A stretch of 64,000 bases of DNA from Carpediemonas membranifera BICM (lineage: Eukaryota > Protista > Fornicata). Location of the stretch: assembly GCA_019828565.1 (NCBI GenBank), contig JAHDYR010000025.1:434001-498000 (forward strand), read 5' to 3'. This document shows positions 43,963 through 55,465 of the stretch, in pieces (positions within the stretch are counted from its first letter, which is position 1; each line of letters opens with the position of its first letter). Both the position numbers and the translations under genes were made by a program. Under the pieces are notes generated by a model, which saw only the letters and a program-made list of their open reading frames with translations, did not search any database and had not been told where the DNA came from.

Positions 43963-44246
43963 TCAGTTGTTGTCGAACTCGAAGGGCTGACGGCAGAGGG
44001 GGCACTCGGTCCTGCCATTCTCAAGCCATTTCATGATGCAGTGGATATGGAAGGCGTGAGAACACTTCCCTAGCGCTACCGGGCAGTCATCGCCAGGAAT
44101 AGTGCACTTTGGACAGGCCATTTCGAAAGGCATTTGGCAGATGCCGCAGCTGTCTTCAGACTTGAGCCATTTCCACTTTGCCACAGTATGCCAACTATAT
44201 AAGTACGTTAAACGGGGACGACAAACTCTTTCACCTCAATCTTCAT
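43963..44246 (-). CDS. APC11: anaphase-promoting complex subunit 11 (RING-H2; intron 44195-44226)
   Basis: Spliced [57 protein letters not shown]. Confidence 0.95.
44195..44226 (-). other. spliceosomal intron, 32 nt
   Basis: GTTTGT...CTTATATAG; restores the APC11 N-terminus. Confidence 0.92.
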
Positions 44247-44398
44247 CGGCGAGCTGCGTTTGTCAAAAACTGCGAAAAGACGGAAACAGCTAGAAAGGTC
44301 GGTCATGGAATGAGATACCCGACAGCTCCTGCGAGCATGGAGCCGTTTGAGTTTCGCCGGATTTGACCACCCAGTAGAGTGGCGACGCTTTCAGACGA

Positions 44399-45376
44399 AT
44401 GGGGCAGGTTCTTTCGCACAAATCGTCGTCAGCGCGTAGATATTGCAGCGAAGTGCCACAAAAAGCGCAATCTGCCCTCAAAACTGTTGTTTCCGACGAT
44501 CCTATCACCGCAGTGGGCATGAACGGCACTATCATCGTTGGATGCGCCGATGGCTCACTCTCAGTGTGCTCCATGGACGATCTATCCCTCAAACGGACCG
44601 TTAGGCTGGCCCCGTCCTCTGTCTCGTCCATGGCTGTGGCCCCAGACCATTCCCGCCTCGCCGTCGCCCTCAGAGACGGCTCCATACACATCCTCGACAG
44701 CGACCTGGCCCCCGTAGCGACTATCCCGGATGCACATGAGATGAATATCAGTGCCCTCTGCTTCAAGGATGCCACCACACTCTTCTCCGGCTCCAGGGAC
44801 AACTCGGTCGTCCTCTGGACCCTCACACCCGCCCCGGACAGGATATCGCAGTTTAAGGTCGATAGGAACATCGTGACTGTGCTGTGCATCTCCCCCTCTG
44901 ATGGGACGGTGATCCAGGGCTCCGAGGACCTCACGCTCCATGTATTAGCCCCTGCAACACTCGAGGAGGTCTCCACAGTCGAGCTGGGCAACCACTTTCC
45001 CCACTGTATGGCTAAGCTGGACGAGTCCCGCATCGTCATGGGGCAGACGGGGTTCAATGGCGACGGGTCCGAGCTCCTCGTGTTGAACTGTGACACTATG
45101 GCCATAGAGGCGCGGTGGGCCGGCCACCAGTATGCCGTGAAGGGGGTTGGGTGTGTTGGGCGCCGTGTGGTCTCTGCATCACGTGATATGACCGTCAGAC
45201 TGTGGGACGAGGGGTTCGCTGGGACCAGCGAGGTAGTCCCGCTCGCGTCTGCTGGGGTGGCTCTTGTGACCGGCCCTGACTGTGCCGTCAGTGTGTGTCA
45301 GAATGGGGCTCTGGTGAGGCACGTGGTCAAGGACGGCCGAATGGCGGAGACACACGCGACGGCTTCCTTGATGTGA
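44399..45376 (+). CDS. WDR31-like WD40 protein (possible N-myristoylation)
   Basis: MGQVLS; SGSRDNSVVLW, RNIVTVLC, SEDLTL, GFNGDG motifs resemble WDR31. Confidence 0.7.
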   Translation: MGQVLSHKSSSARRYCSEVPQKAQSALKTVVSDDPITAVGMNGTIIVGCADGSLSVCSMDDLSLKRTVRLAPSSVSSMAVAPDHSRLAVALRDGSIHILDSDLAPVATIPDAHEMNISALCFKDATTLFSGSRDNSVVLWTLTPAPDRISQFKVDRNIVTVLCISPSDGTVIQGSEDLTLHVLAPATLEEVSTVELGNHFPHCMAKLDESRIVMGQTGFNGDGSELLVLNCDTMAIEARWAGHQYAVKGVGCVGRRVVSASRDMTVRLWDEGFAGTSEVVPLASAGVALVTGPDCAVSVCQNGALVRHVVKDGRMAETHATASLM

Positions 45377-45507
45377 GCGGACGGGAATGTATATTGATAT
45401 TAAAACAGGCTCGTCCGGGATGGTATGTGGTTAGAGGTACGGTGTGAGAACTGCTTGCCCTTGGTTTGGGCGATTGAATATATCGCAGTTTATGTCATTT
45501 TTCGAAG

Positions 45508-46326
45508 ATGTCTGAGAGCGAAGCCAGCGATTTGCCGCCTCTTGAGGAAGTTGATGACGTTATCGATGCGTTGGACCTCATGAACCTCGACATGTTTGAA
45601 AATGTGAAGGATAAGGAACCCGACTTCGAGCTTTCAGCTGAAGCCAAGCGTAGAGCCATTGTCCACGCCAACGACGGCGAGGTGAAGAATGCGATCGTCG
45701 ATATATCCGATGCCATATTCCACAACCCGAGGAGTGCTCTCCTCTTCGCATATAGAGCCAAGTACCTCATCCAAGAGGGCTTCCCCTCCGCCGCTCTGAA
45801 GGACTGCAAGGTCGCCATGTCCCGCCAGCCCAACAGCACATGCGCCCTCCTCTACAAGTCCCTGGGCAAGGCCCAACTCGCGATGCAGCAGCGTGCCGAG
45901 GCGATCGCATCACTTAGGACCGCCCAAAACATCGACTTCGACCCAGACATCGCCCAGACGCTCAAGGAGCTAGTAGCGCTAGAAGCAGAGGCTGATCGGC
46001 AGAAGGCCAAGACCAAGGCGGCCACAGACGACATCCTTCGTGGGGATAAGGCGAAGATGAACCACGGCCCCAACCTCCAAGTGCCCGAAGACGAGTTCGC
46101 CTTCAACGCGTTCAAGAACCTCGCAGATCAGGCCAAGCAGCCGAACCCCGCCTTCCTCAGCAATCTTGCCGCGGACCCAGAGCTCATGGCACTGATGATG
46201 GACCCCGAGGTCGGGAGGATGCTCGCTGAGGCTGGTGGAAACCCGCAGAAGGCGGCTGAGTATGCTAATAACCCGAAGTTTCAAAAGGTCATCGCAGCTG
46301 TGCTGGGCAAGGCCGGGAAGCAGTAG
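45508..46326 (+). CDS. Hsp70-interacting protein (Hip/ST13-like; TPR + STI1/DP)
   Basis: DAIFHNPRSALLFAYRA..AALKDC..NPNS-like TPRs, IDFD, DPELMALMMDPEV..NP..YANNPK. Confidence 0.85.
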   Translation: MSESEASDLPPLEEVDDVIDALDLMNLDMFENVKDKEPDFELSAEAKRRAIVHANDGEVKNAIVDISDAIFHNPRSALLFAYRAKYLIQEGFPSAALKDCKVAMSRQPNSTCALLYKSLGKAQLAMQQRAEAIASLRTAQNIDFDPDIAQTLKELVALEAEADRQKAKTKAATDDILRGDKAKMNHGPNLQVPEDEFAFNAFKNLADQAKQPNPAFLSNLAADPELMALMMDPEVGRMLAEAGGNPQKAAEYANNPKFQKVIAAVLGKAGKQ

Positions 46327-46447
46327 TTGGGGACTGGGTCGACTGTAAAATGACACGTTAGAGATGCACAGGTGGAATGGAGTTCGCATCGGGGACATTT
46401 CCTGCAGCATCTTGTTCCCAATGCCGGTTTCACTATTCTGCGCAACA

Positions 46448-47677
46448 ATGCCGTCCGGCCGGGAGTGGGTTGATAAGCGCGGTGCTAGGACTGATGCGGC
46501 TGGTTGCGTCTTCCAAAAAGGCCATTACCCGCGTTGGGATGGCGAGCGCAACTTCACATATGATCTATTGGCGCTACAGGCAGGATGCAAGTTCAAAATG
46601 GGCCGTTTCAACGAGGACGAAGCATATACGGTACGGAAGATCGTTCAGGACACTATGAAAGACTCTGGCTACACCCTAGATGACGTAGTTCCCTGTCTTC
46701 GCGGTGAAAAAGACCTCAGCGTCAACCTCATCTATACGGTGGCAGAGTGCCTCCCCAAGCGCCAGATCAACCAGGTCCGCCGCTACATATACCACAACTA
46801 CGCCGAAGTCACCGGTATGTGGACCGAAGAGGAGCGCGACGACCTCATCCGCCTCTACGGTCACGGCATGACCCTCGCGGAGTTGTCACTGGAGCTTGGG
46901 CGATCAAGGATGAACATCAAGGACATGCTCGACGCCATCCAGCGCCCTGGTGGTGACGGAGGCGACCATCTCATCGACAGAGACCACCATTCGCCCGAGG
47001 AGCGTTGGGCGATCGTTCGGGCAGTCATCCAAGAGTACGGCCGGCCGTCCAAGGTCCCCGACGTCATCTCCCAGGCCGTAATCCGCAGTGTAGCAGCGAA
47101 AGTCGACCTGCGTGAATCCCAGGTGGCGGGAGCTGTGAAGAACGAGTGGTTTCACTACATGATCCGGGAATGCGTGCTGAACGGGGACGACGGAAGCAAC
47201 CTCAACCCCCGCCTCCCCCGCCTCGGTCTGATCCACGTTGTCCGCGTTCTCCTGGCGATCTCCCAGTCGCACTCCCCCACGGAGTACTCGATCACTTGGG
47301 GCAGTTTATGTCCAGATGTCCCCCACTACGTCGCCCAGAAGATGTACAGCGTGGTGAAGAAGGCTACGAAGGTCAAGGAGCATCCGAAGGTGACTCCGGC
47401 CGTCGTGGCGCTCACTGTACTGAAGCAGTGGCAGCGGCGGCCCGAGACCCTGCTCCTTTCCAAGATGTGGAGCCTGGAGCGGAGGAATAAGACTGGTTTC
47501 GCTGCAGCTCGGATGGTCCACGAGCTCCAGCTGCCCAAGCTCAGTAAGTATCTGAGGCGGGCGGATTTGGACACGAAGTTCGAGTCAGCAGCCAAGAGGC
47601 GGCTGAAGCACCTGGCGACGGAGCCGATCTCCGACATGAGGGCGAGGATGTGGCTCCAGGAGCTTGGCAGGGGATGA
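46448..47677 (+). CDS. Reb1/TTF1/DMTF1-like Myb-domain protein
   Basis: KMGRFNEDE, LPKRQINQV, GMWTEEERDDLIRL..LAELSLELGRS. Confidence 0.65.
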   Translation: MPSGREWVDKRGARTDAAGCVFQKGHYPRWDGERNFTYDLLALQAGCKFKMGRFNEDEAYTVRKIVQDTMKDSGYTLDDVVPCLRGEKDLSVNLIYTVAECLPKRQINQVRRYIYHNYAEVTGMWTEEERDDLIRLYGHGMTLAELSLELGRSRMNIKDMLDAIQRPGGDGGDHLIDRDHHSPEERWAIVRAVIQEYGRPSKVPDVISQAVIRSVAAKVDLRESQVAGAVKNEWFHYMIRECVLNGDDGSNLNPRLPRLGLIHVVRVLLAISQSHSPTEYSITWGSLCPDVPHYVAQKMYSVVKKATKVKEHPKVTPAVVALTVLKQWQRRPETLLLSKMWSLERRNKTGFAAARMVHELQLPKLSKYLRRADLDTKFESAAKRRLKHLATEPISDMRARMWLQELGRG

Positions 47678-47978
47678 GGCTGGGTCGGCACAAGGACAAG
47701 GACGGCGCTGATAAATGCGATTGGGAGGGCGATTGGACGCTGTCATGAATCTATTTGCGGGCTGAAGAGTAGAGGGAGTCGGCAGTGATTCTACACATGA
47801 CCTGGTCGACGCGTTCCAACAGTCAATCATGGTCAAGCAAGTCCGGTTCGAACATGGTCGGCCTGTTAACCAGGAGCTCACGACTACCCTTCTCCTCATG
47901 GTCATGAGTTGATTTGACCGACCGAGCCCGCGGCCACTGCCATGTCATGGTGCCACGGAATCTTGAATCAACTTACCA

Positions 47979-48357
47979 ATGCTCTCCTCGCTTTCTCAAT
48001 CTTTCACATTCGGGCGTCTTCTTGGCGTAACCCCCATTACAACTGCACAGCTCAAGCAGAAGGTCACTGACGGCGAAACCATGGTCGTCGACTACTTTGC
48101 GACGGTACGTTGAAATTTGCGCTTTTACACAGTGGTGCGGTCCTTGCAAGGCTCTTAAGCCCACATTCCATCAACTTGCAGACGACAAGAAGTTCGAGAA
48201 GGTCTCTTTCTACACCATCGATATCGACGAGAACTACGACGCAGGGGTTCTCAGCGTTCCCACTGTCCGGTCCTTCCACATGGGCGATCAGATGGACGAG
48301 ATGATCGGCTGGCAAGGTCCTGACCGTCTCGAGGAGCTCGTGAAGCAGGCAATGTAA
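47979..48357 (+). CDS. thioredoxin with MRO-type N-terminal presequence (intron 48105-48132)
   Basis: Spliced MLSSLSQSFTFGRLL..VVDYFAT|WCGPCKAL..SVPT. Confidence 0.92.
48105..48132 (+). other. spliceosomal intron, 28 nt
   Basis: GTACGT...TTTACACAG; restores DYFATWCGPC. Confidence 0.95.
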
Positions 48358-49036
48358 ATTTCGAAAATTTTGTCGGAGGATGAACAGGTGTGGCAGTGTA
48401 CTCGTGCTTAACAAGGTGACGGATTCAGGATGCTGAGGTATCGTCGATTGTTTGCTCTTTGAATTCGTCAAACTAAACTGCGCGTGACTTTGAGCGCAAC
48501 AGGTGTGATCGCGCAATTTCTCCTCGCTGATTCCTTCCTATGCTCTGAATTTAACAACAGTAAGTTAGCTTCCCGGACTTTGTCGTTTGGACTTTCTATT
48601 TGTATACAAGATTGTGTCGTCATGATGAACGTTTTGGGAGTCATGTCTGATGGCCGTGGTGAAGGCCGGGTATACGATATAGGGTGGCCATAGTGCTCGC
48701 AGTCATTCAACTGGCCGCGTGTCTCCATAAGCCCAAAATTACAGCTACTTACGCAGTCAATGTATTTCCCTTCGTAGATCTCCAACGATCGGTCAACTTG
48801 ACCTAGCATTCGGTATATGTTCGGTTAGAGCCCCTACTTTACCATAAATAGCCTTCTTTATTTTTGACCTGTGCGTCAATCATCGCCAAAACGATCAGTG
48901 ACCCCGCAACCGCCGGCTTCACCCCTATGACTACGCAACGATGCCGTTGTATGCCACAAAAGTGGACTCAATACGCTCAGGATTTCGTGGTGACCAGCCA
49001 GGACTCAAAGTCTCAAACAAAAGAGAGGCGACAGAC

Positions 49037-52000
49037 ATGGGCATTTTTGCTCGTTTTGCGCTGCTTGTTCTCTTGTTCAGTGCAGCTTGCACTGCAATAG
49101 ACATTAATCCGGCGTTTTATCGCAAGGCTCTCGCCGAGACCGAGTCTATGTTAGTTTCCTTATAGCTCGCCATTCACGGCTTTGCTTGCCTAAGAACTCA
49201 TTTATACAGGTTCGTGTCATGCCAACAGGACATCCTCGGCATTAGTGGCAACGCTAACCGCATCACCTGCTACTACTTCGGAACTACGATGCCCGACCCC
49301 ACGATCAACCCCGTTGTGACCGTCGACGCCTGCTGGGGCACCTCCATCACCAACTCCTACGTCAAGGCGGGTACCTCCGTCTCTGGCACGACGACATACA
49401 TCCACTCTGCGACGTTTGACGTCCCGGAGCCGACCTACGTTCCCAACTACAACCGGTACAACTGCCTGTGGAAGGTCTCCACCGCTATGAAGGTTCTGTA
49501 CAGCTCTGACCGCGACATCCTTCTCTCGATGACGCACGACACTGTCACGTTCGACACAGACGCCGACTGGGTCTACGTGGCTGGCGACAACTCGGCCGGC
49601 CAGATCGACAGCGACACGTCCAAGGCCAACGTTGACGTCCCCACCAACCTCTGGAGCAACGCGCCCTTCAACTACGAGGCCATCGCCAACGTCGAGATCG
49701 GCGACTCCGCCTTCGTCATCACTGACGAGGGCGAGCTGTGGTCCCTGGGCGGCACCAAGTACCCCGGCCACACTGTCGGCAGCACCGACGTATGGCGCCA
49801 GATCATCCCCGCGGGCACGGACAACATCGTCTTCACGCAGGTGTCGGTCGGCGCCAAGCACGCCATCTTCCTCGGCTACGACAAGGTCACGACACAAAAC
49901 CACGTGTACACTGCCGGTACCGGCCTCGCTGCTGGCGTGGACGCCGGCCTCTACGTGACGCTCAAGGAGATCACGATGTTCATGGGATGGGAGGTCAAGG
50001 AGGTCCAGGCGACCGAGACGGCCTCGTACGTGCTCCTCGACAGCGGTGAGATCCTCGCCGTCGGTGGCAACGACTTCGGTGAGCTCGGAAACGGCGGGAC
50101 GACCAGCTCGTCCACGTTCAACGCCGTCACCCTACCCACTGACTTCGGCAAGGCTGACGAGCTCGGCAACACCCAGGGCGCCTTCATGTTCGCAATCAAC
50201 ACCACCGGCAGCGTCGTGGCCTGGGGAGAGAACAACAAGGGTCAGCTCGGCCTCGGGGTCAACGACAACTTCGTCGCCACCCCCACTGTCGTCGCGTCCC
50301 TCCACGGCATGAAGGCCCAGACGATCGTTGGCGGTCTCGACTTCTCCCTCGTCCTCATCGAGTCCAGCTTCCAGGTCTACGGCGCGGGTGACACCGCCTA
50401 CACCGGCACGGACCCCGCTATTGTCACGGGCAAGACCACCAACGTCTTCGCCAAGTCTACCCTCGTCCCCACCCCCACCGCTGAGATCGCATGCGGCACC
50501 AAGCACGCCGTGGCCCTCACCGTCAGCCACACGAGCACGGACTCCCCCGTCTACACCTGGGGCGACAACTCGGCCGGCCAGCTCGGCCTCGGACACGACG
50601 CGAAGAGCACCGCCACGCCTACTCTGGTCCCCACCCTCTCTGACTCCTCGTTCGAGCGTGTTTTCGCCGGCCAGGAGCACCTCATCGCTATGGAGTCGAC
50701 CATGATCAAGGACGAGGCGTTCTACGAGATCTACCCCGACGGCATGGTTATGGTGGAGTCCCTCGAGGGCACCGTCGGCCGCTCCGTCCTCGGGGCCGTG
50801 TCGCAGTACAACGCCGCCTTCTCGAAGACCGATGTCGCCGTCATTGACCCCGTCCCCGGCGTTTACTGGATCTGGGCCGACGGCGCTTACCCGATCACCG
50901 ACGAGATCCTGCGGTTCACCATCCGCAACGGGGCCCGGGAGAAGTCCTTCCTCTTCCACATCCCGACGCAGGTGTCGATCAAGCCCCTCGCAGACAGCGT
51001 CTCGTGGCGATACACGGGCGACGCCTGGGTCGCCGAGGTGAAGCTCCGTCACGGTATTATCAACGGCCTGATGTCCCAAGTGACTATGGACTGCATGGGG
51101 CTCGTCTCCTCGTCGTTTATGCTCATGGCGATGGACCAGGCCTCGACGTCGTGGGACATCACCGTCCGGTCCATGCACAGCACCATCAAGACCACCCCGA
51201 TCTACCCCTACTACGCCAAGTGCACCCTCGCCATTGACGGCGTCGACCTGTACTCCGGCCCGCTCGGCACCCAGCTGCCGATGGACCTGACGCTCTCCTC
51301 GTTCGAGATCAAGGACCAGACGCCCTACGTCTACTACGGCTCCCAGATGACTGCGTGCATCAAGCCGATGGACATGTTCAACCGCTTCATCCCCATGAGC
51401 ATCGACGAGCTCGACGACAAGGTCAAGTTCGTCGCGGTTTACCCGACCACCGTGTCCAGCGAGCAGACCGAGACCCTCGAGCCCATGGGTGTCCACCAGA
51501 AGTTCTACTTCGACGAGGACGACCAGCGCTTCTGCCAGACGATCGACACGAACTTCCCCGTGTCAGGTCAGATCCAGGCCCTGTACGAGGGCGAGATCAT
51601 CGGCGAAGAGAAGTTCGTCATGATGCGGGCCGACTCTGGCACCTCCAAGGTCTGGGTCAAGAACCCTCCCCGCTGGCCCGCCGCACCTGGCAAGCCGCTC
51701 ACCTTCTGCGCCACGGTGTACAACGTGCTGGGCACTCACAAGATCACCAACGCCCCCCCGCTGTCCTTCGACATCGACATCCGCGGCACGGACGGCATCC
51801 TCAACTACAACCCCATCCTCGACCCCGCCACCGGCGACTACTGCATCACGATCGCCGTCCCGCCCGGCAAGTACTCGTTTACCGCCTTCTTCAACGGCGT
51901 CCAGGAGCTTCAGGGCGGCTCTTCCTTCGAGGTCAAGGCTGCCGGCAAATCTTCTAGCATCAAGTCCACTGCCTCGACTGTCATTGACTTCCTCCTCACC

Positions 52001-52204
52001 GCCCTCGCCGTCGTCATGGGCCCAGTCATTGCTGCCATCGGCCTCGTCGGCGGTATCATCATCGCTGTGGGCGGCATCGTGTTTGGCGTGATCATGACCC
52101 GCAAGGGCGCTGCAGGCGAGCCCAAGAAGAAGGGTCAGTATTCCAGCATCGACGCGGACGACTTCGGCAGTGCCGGCGACCAGTTCACTTACGATGCCAT
52201 CTAA
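49037..52204 (+). CDS. surface membrane protein with RCC1/BLIP-II-like repeats and beta-rich stalk (intron 49150-49209)
   Basis: Signal peptide MGIFARFALLVLLFSAACTA; repeats WGENNKGQLGLG, WGDNSAGQLGLG, GGNDFGELGNG; C-terminal hydrophobic anchor and short tail. Confidence 0.85.
49150..49209 (+). other. spliceosomal intron, 60 nt, with internal hairpin
   Basis: GTTAGT...TTTATACAG; joins the signal-peptide exon; stems AGTT..TTA/TAA..AACT, AGC/GCT, GCC/GGC. Confidence 0.85.
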
Positions 52205-52492
52205 GCACTTAAAATCGTAAATATCGTATATACTGCGCTGGGTTGTGTTATGACTGTTTATCATCTATTCGCGGGTTGTGGCGTTTGAAGGAAATGATCG
52301 CCAAGAAGCTTCGCGGAGGTCATGGGTAAACTGCGGGGTTCACAGGCCCTGGTAGCCTCATAAAGAGCTATGGGGTGCTAGATACGATTTCTCAATTTAG
52401 TCGTGATCGGATTTTGTACCGGATCCGTCCACGTTGGTCTTTCGTTGACCGAACAAGAACAGAACACTGTCTGAATAGACAAAACTTCCAGC

Positions 52493-53966
52493 ATGCCCGC
52501 TACCATCGAGAACCTTATCGAAATTGTCAAGCGCCGCGATCCCGTTCGTCTCCTGCAGTTTCAGCGCTCAGCGACTGCTCCTTCCTTGACATACGCTGCA
52601 CTCTTCGTACAAGCGGCCCATTGAAGGCGTAGCAGAAGCACCAGTGCCCATTCCTGCCTATTACCCACTGACACAGGGCCAGCCCGAGTTCCAGCAGGCC
52701 GCCTTCGAGGTCATCGAGTCTGTCCGCCCCCTCCTTGAGAAGGAGCCCAAGTACATCCCCATCATGGAGCGCATGCTCGAGCCCGAGCGCGTCATCCAGT
52801 TCCGCGTCCCCTGGATCAACGACAAGGGCGAACAGGAGGTCAACCGTGCCTTCCGCGTTGAGTTCAACAGCGCCCTCGGCCCCTACAAGGGCGGCCTCCG
52901 CTTCCACCCCAGCGTGAACCTCTCCATCATCAAGTTCCTCGGCTTCGAGCAGATCCTCAAGAACTCCCTTACCACCCTCCAGATGGGTGCCGGCAAGGGT
53001 GGCTCCGACTTCGACCCCAAGGGCAAGTCCGACAACGAGGTCATGCGCTTCTGCCAGTCCTTCATGACCGAGCTGTCCCGCCACATCGGCGCTAACACTG
53101 ACGTCCCCGCTGGTGACATCGGTGTCGGCGGCAGGGAGATCGGCTACATGTTCGGTCAGTACAAGCGTGTCCGCAACGTCTTCGAGGGTGTCCTTACCGG
53201 CAAGGGCCTCAACTGGGGTGGCTCCCTCATCCGGCCCGAGGCTACCGGCTACGGTGCCGTCTACTACGCCCAGAACATGATGGAGGCCAACGGCATGACC
53301 CTCAAGGGCAAGCGCTGCACTGTCTCCGGCTCTGGCAACGTCGCCCAGTTCGCCATCGAGAAGCTCCTCGACCTCGGCGCCATCCCCGTGACCTGCTCCG
53401 ACTCGTCTGGCTACATCCTCGAGGAGAGCGGCTTCACCCGTGAGCAGCTCGCTGAGATCATGCGCATCAAGAACGTCGCCCGCGCTCGCATCTCCGAGTA
53501 CACCAAGTTCTCCAAGACCGCCAAGTTCTTCCCCGGCAAGCGCCCTTGGGAGGTTGCCTGCGATGCCGCCTTCCCCTGCGCTACCCAAAATGAGGTCGAG
53601 AAGGCTGATGCCGAGGCTCTCGTCAAGGGCGGCTGCAAGTGCATCTCCGAGGGTGCCAACATGCCCACCACCCCCGAGGGTATCGAGGTCTACCTCGCCA
53701 ACGGTGTCCTCTACGGCCCCGCCAAGGCTGCCAATGCCGGCGGTGTCGCTGTCTCTGGCCTCGAGATGGCCCAGAACTCCCAGCGCCTTGCCTGGACCTG
53801 CGAGGATGTTGATGCCAAGCTCGCTAGCATCATGAAGAACATCTTCGACAACTGCGCTAACAACGCCAAGCTCTACGCCGACAAGCCCACCAACTACATG
53901 GTTGGCGCCAACATCGCTGGCTTCGTCAAGGTCGCCGACGCCATGCTCGACCAGGGCTGCGTGTAA
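52493..53966 (+). CDS. gdhA: NADP-dependent glutamate dehydrogenase (GdhA type; intron 52544-52676)
   Basis: KRRDP|[65 protein letters not shown]. Confidence 0.97.
52544..52676 (+). other. spliceosomal intron, 133 nt, folded into a long imperfect hairpin
   Basis: GTTCGT...CTGACACAG; nested stems GCAG/CTGC, GCGCT/AGTGC, CTGCT/AGCAG, CCTTC/GAAGG, CGCT/AGCG. Confidence 0.9.
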
Positions 53967-54502
53967 GCTGTTGTAAACCACTAGCTCTTAAGTTCCTTGA
54001 TTCAAACGGACACCAGGCCGTTTATCACCTCCAACTGCTGTGCTGGAGACATTGCAGGAAGGTACCTGACCGGCCGGCCAGACGACTGGCGAGCCACTCA
54101 GGCTGCAAACGATGACACTGGGCAGACAAGGTGACCCACGGCTTGCTGCACAAATCAGATTACTGGCACGCACCATCGCATTCGGCAGATCTCCAGGTCG
54201 GCGTTATGGTGGAGGCTAAGCAGGTTGGCATTCAAGCACTTTTGAGTCTCATCTCATTTCATTCACACTGACGTCGTCACACAGGTGATCGCGCCGAGAC
54301 AGCCGCGTCAGCTCCTGCAAATCCGACAGGCTCTGCTTTCGAGCCGATTCCCCCGACTCGAATTCGGGAAATTGCCGCTGAGGCTGAATGCGACGTTCCA
54401 GACCTCTGCCACGCCAGGGATCGCGACTTCGGCAGCCATATCGCGATCCCATCCAGCGCACCCCCACTCACTCTGGCATTTATCAGCAGTATGTAACATA
54501 CA

Positions 54503-55465
54503 TCACTCATCGGACCCAACCTCCGCGATCCTCGCCTCAACGTCACCCACGTCGACGGCCGAGGTCTCACTCTCCAGGTCCCCAGGCGGCCCAAGGGTCT
54601 TGTACGCCATGCGGTTCTCGTAGAGGATGAATATAATATGGCCGAACGATATGGCGGCACCACCGATCATGATGAACATCTCGAGGGTGAATGCCACAAT
54701 GTACCGCGGGTTCGAGCCGAAGACCTGGTCGTCGTAGTTGCCTAGCTTCAGAACAGCGCCACCTGAGCTGAACGCCCATCCACAAGTCATGACCGCAAAT
54801 ATCATGGCGGAGACGAAGGCAATCTCCCAATTGTCATCCACAGGGTCCTCCTCGATCTTCGCACGGATTACGGTGACCAGACACGCGACAGCGTTGAACA
54901 GGAAGAGGCAGAAGAAGAACAGCATCACGGTGACGCCATCGAAATTCCAATAGTAGGCACAGCCGAGCACGATGGACGCCAGGAGCGAGAACAGCACGAT
55001 GCTGACGTATTCCCACAGACTGATCCCGAGGAATGGCTTGGATCTGGTCCGCAGCGTCTTTGTTACAGCTCGGGCGGCCCACAGCGCCGTGGACGACATC
55101 GTCATGAGCGTAATTAGCGACGTGAAGATCGAGATGGCCAGCAGGGTAACAATGACGTATGTGATGAACACCTGGATCTTTCCATAGATGGTGTCGGCGC
55201 CGAGGCTGTCGATGGGAGTTCCCAGGACATAGTCGATGATGACAGAGATCAGGAAAACGACGAAGCAGACAAATTCAACTGCACATCCGATGTAAAAAGG
55301 CACAAATGAGAGCTGCAGTGCAAAAAGTCTGCGCTTAAACAGCGTTAGACGGAAATGGCGGTGTGCAGCATAAATCGAGATACTCGCAAGGCAGAACAGG
55401 AGACCAAACAGGCTTAGAACTAATCGCACCGCATAAACACAGATGGTATATGTAGCGAACTCCAT
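54503..55465 (-). CDS. hypothetical multi-pass (about 7 TM) membrane protein
   Basis: About 7 hydrophobic segments and an acidic C-terminal tail. Confidence 0.75.
   Translation of the reverse strand: MEFATYTICVYAVRLVLSLFGLLFCLASISIYAAHRHFRLTLFKRRLFALQLSFVPFYIGCAVEFVCFVVFLISVIIDYVLGTPIDSLGADTIYGKIQVFITYVIVTLLAISIFTSLITLMTMSSTALWAARAVTKTLRTRSKPFLGISLWEYVSIVLFSLLASIVLGCAYYWNFDGVTVMLFFFCLFLFNAVACLVTVIRAKIEEDPVDDNWEIAFVSAMIFAVMTCGWAFSSGGAVLKLGNYDDQVFGSNPRYIVAFTLEMFIMIGGAAISFGHIIFILYENRMAYKTLGPPGDLESETSAVDVGDVEARIAEVGSDE

Noticed and set aside
48622-48650. Possible box C/D snoRNA (ATGATGA..CTGA)
   Set aside because: The boxes are too close together, there is no terminal D box or stem, and only a short rRNA complement.
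52527-53981. Long antisense ORFs opposite gdhA (also opposite EF-1alpha, kinesin and the RCC1 gene)
   Set aside because: Expected shadow of strong C/G third-position bias; no recognisable domains.
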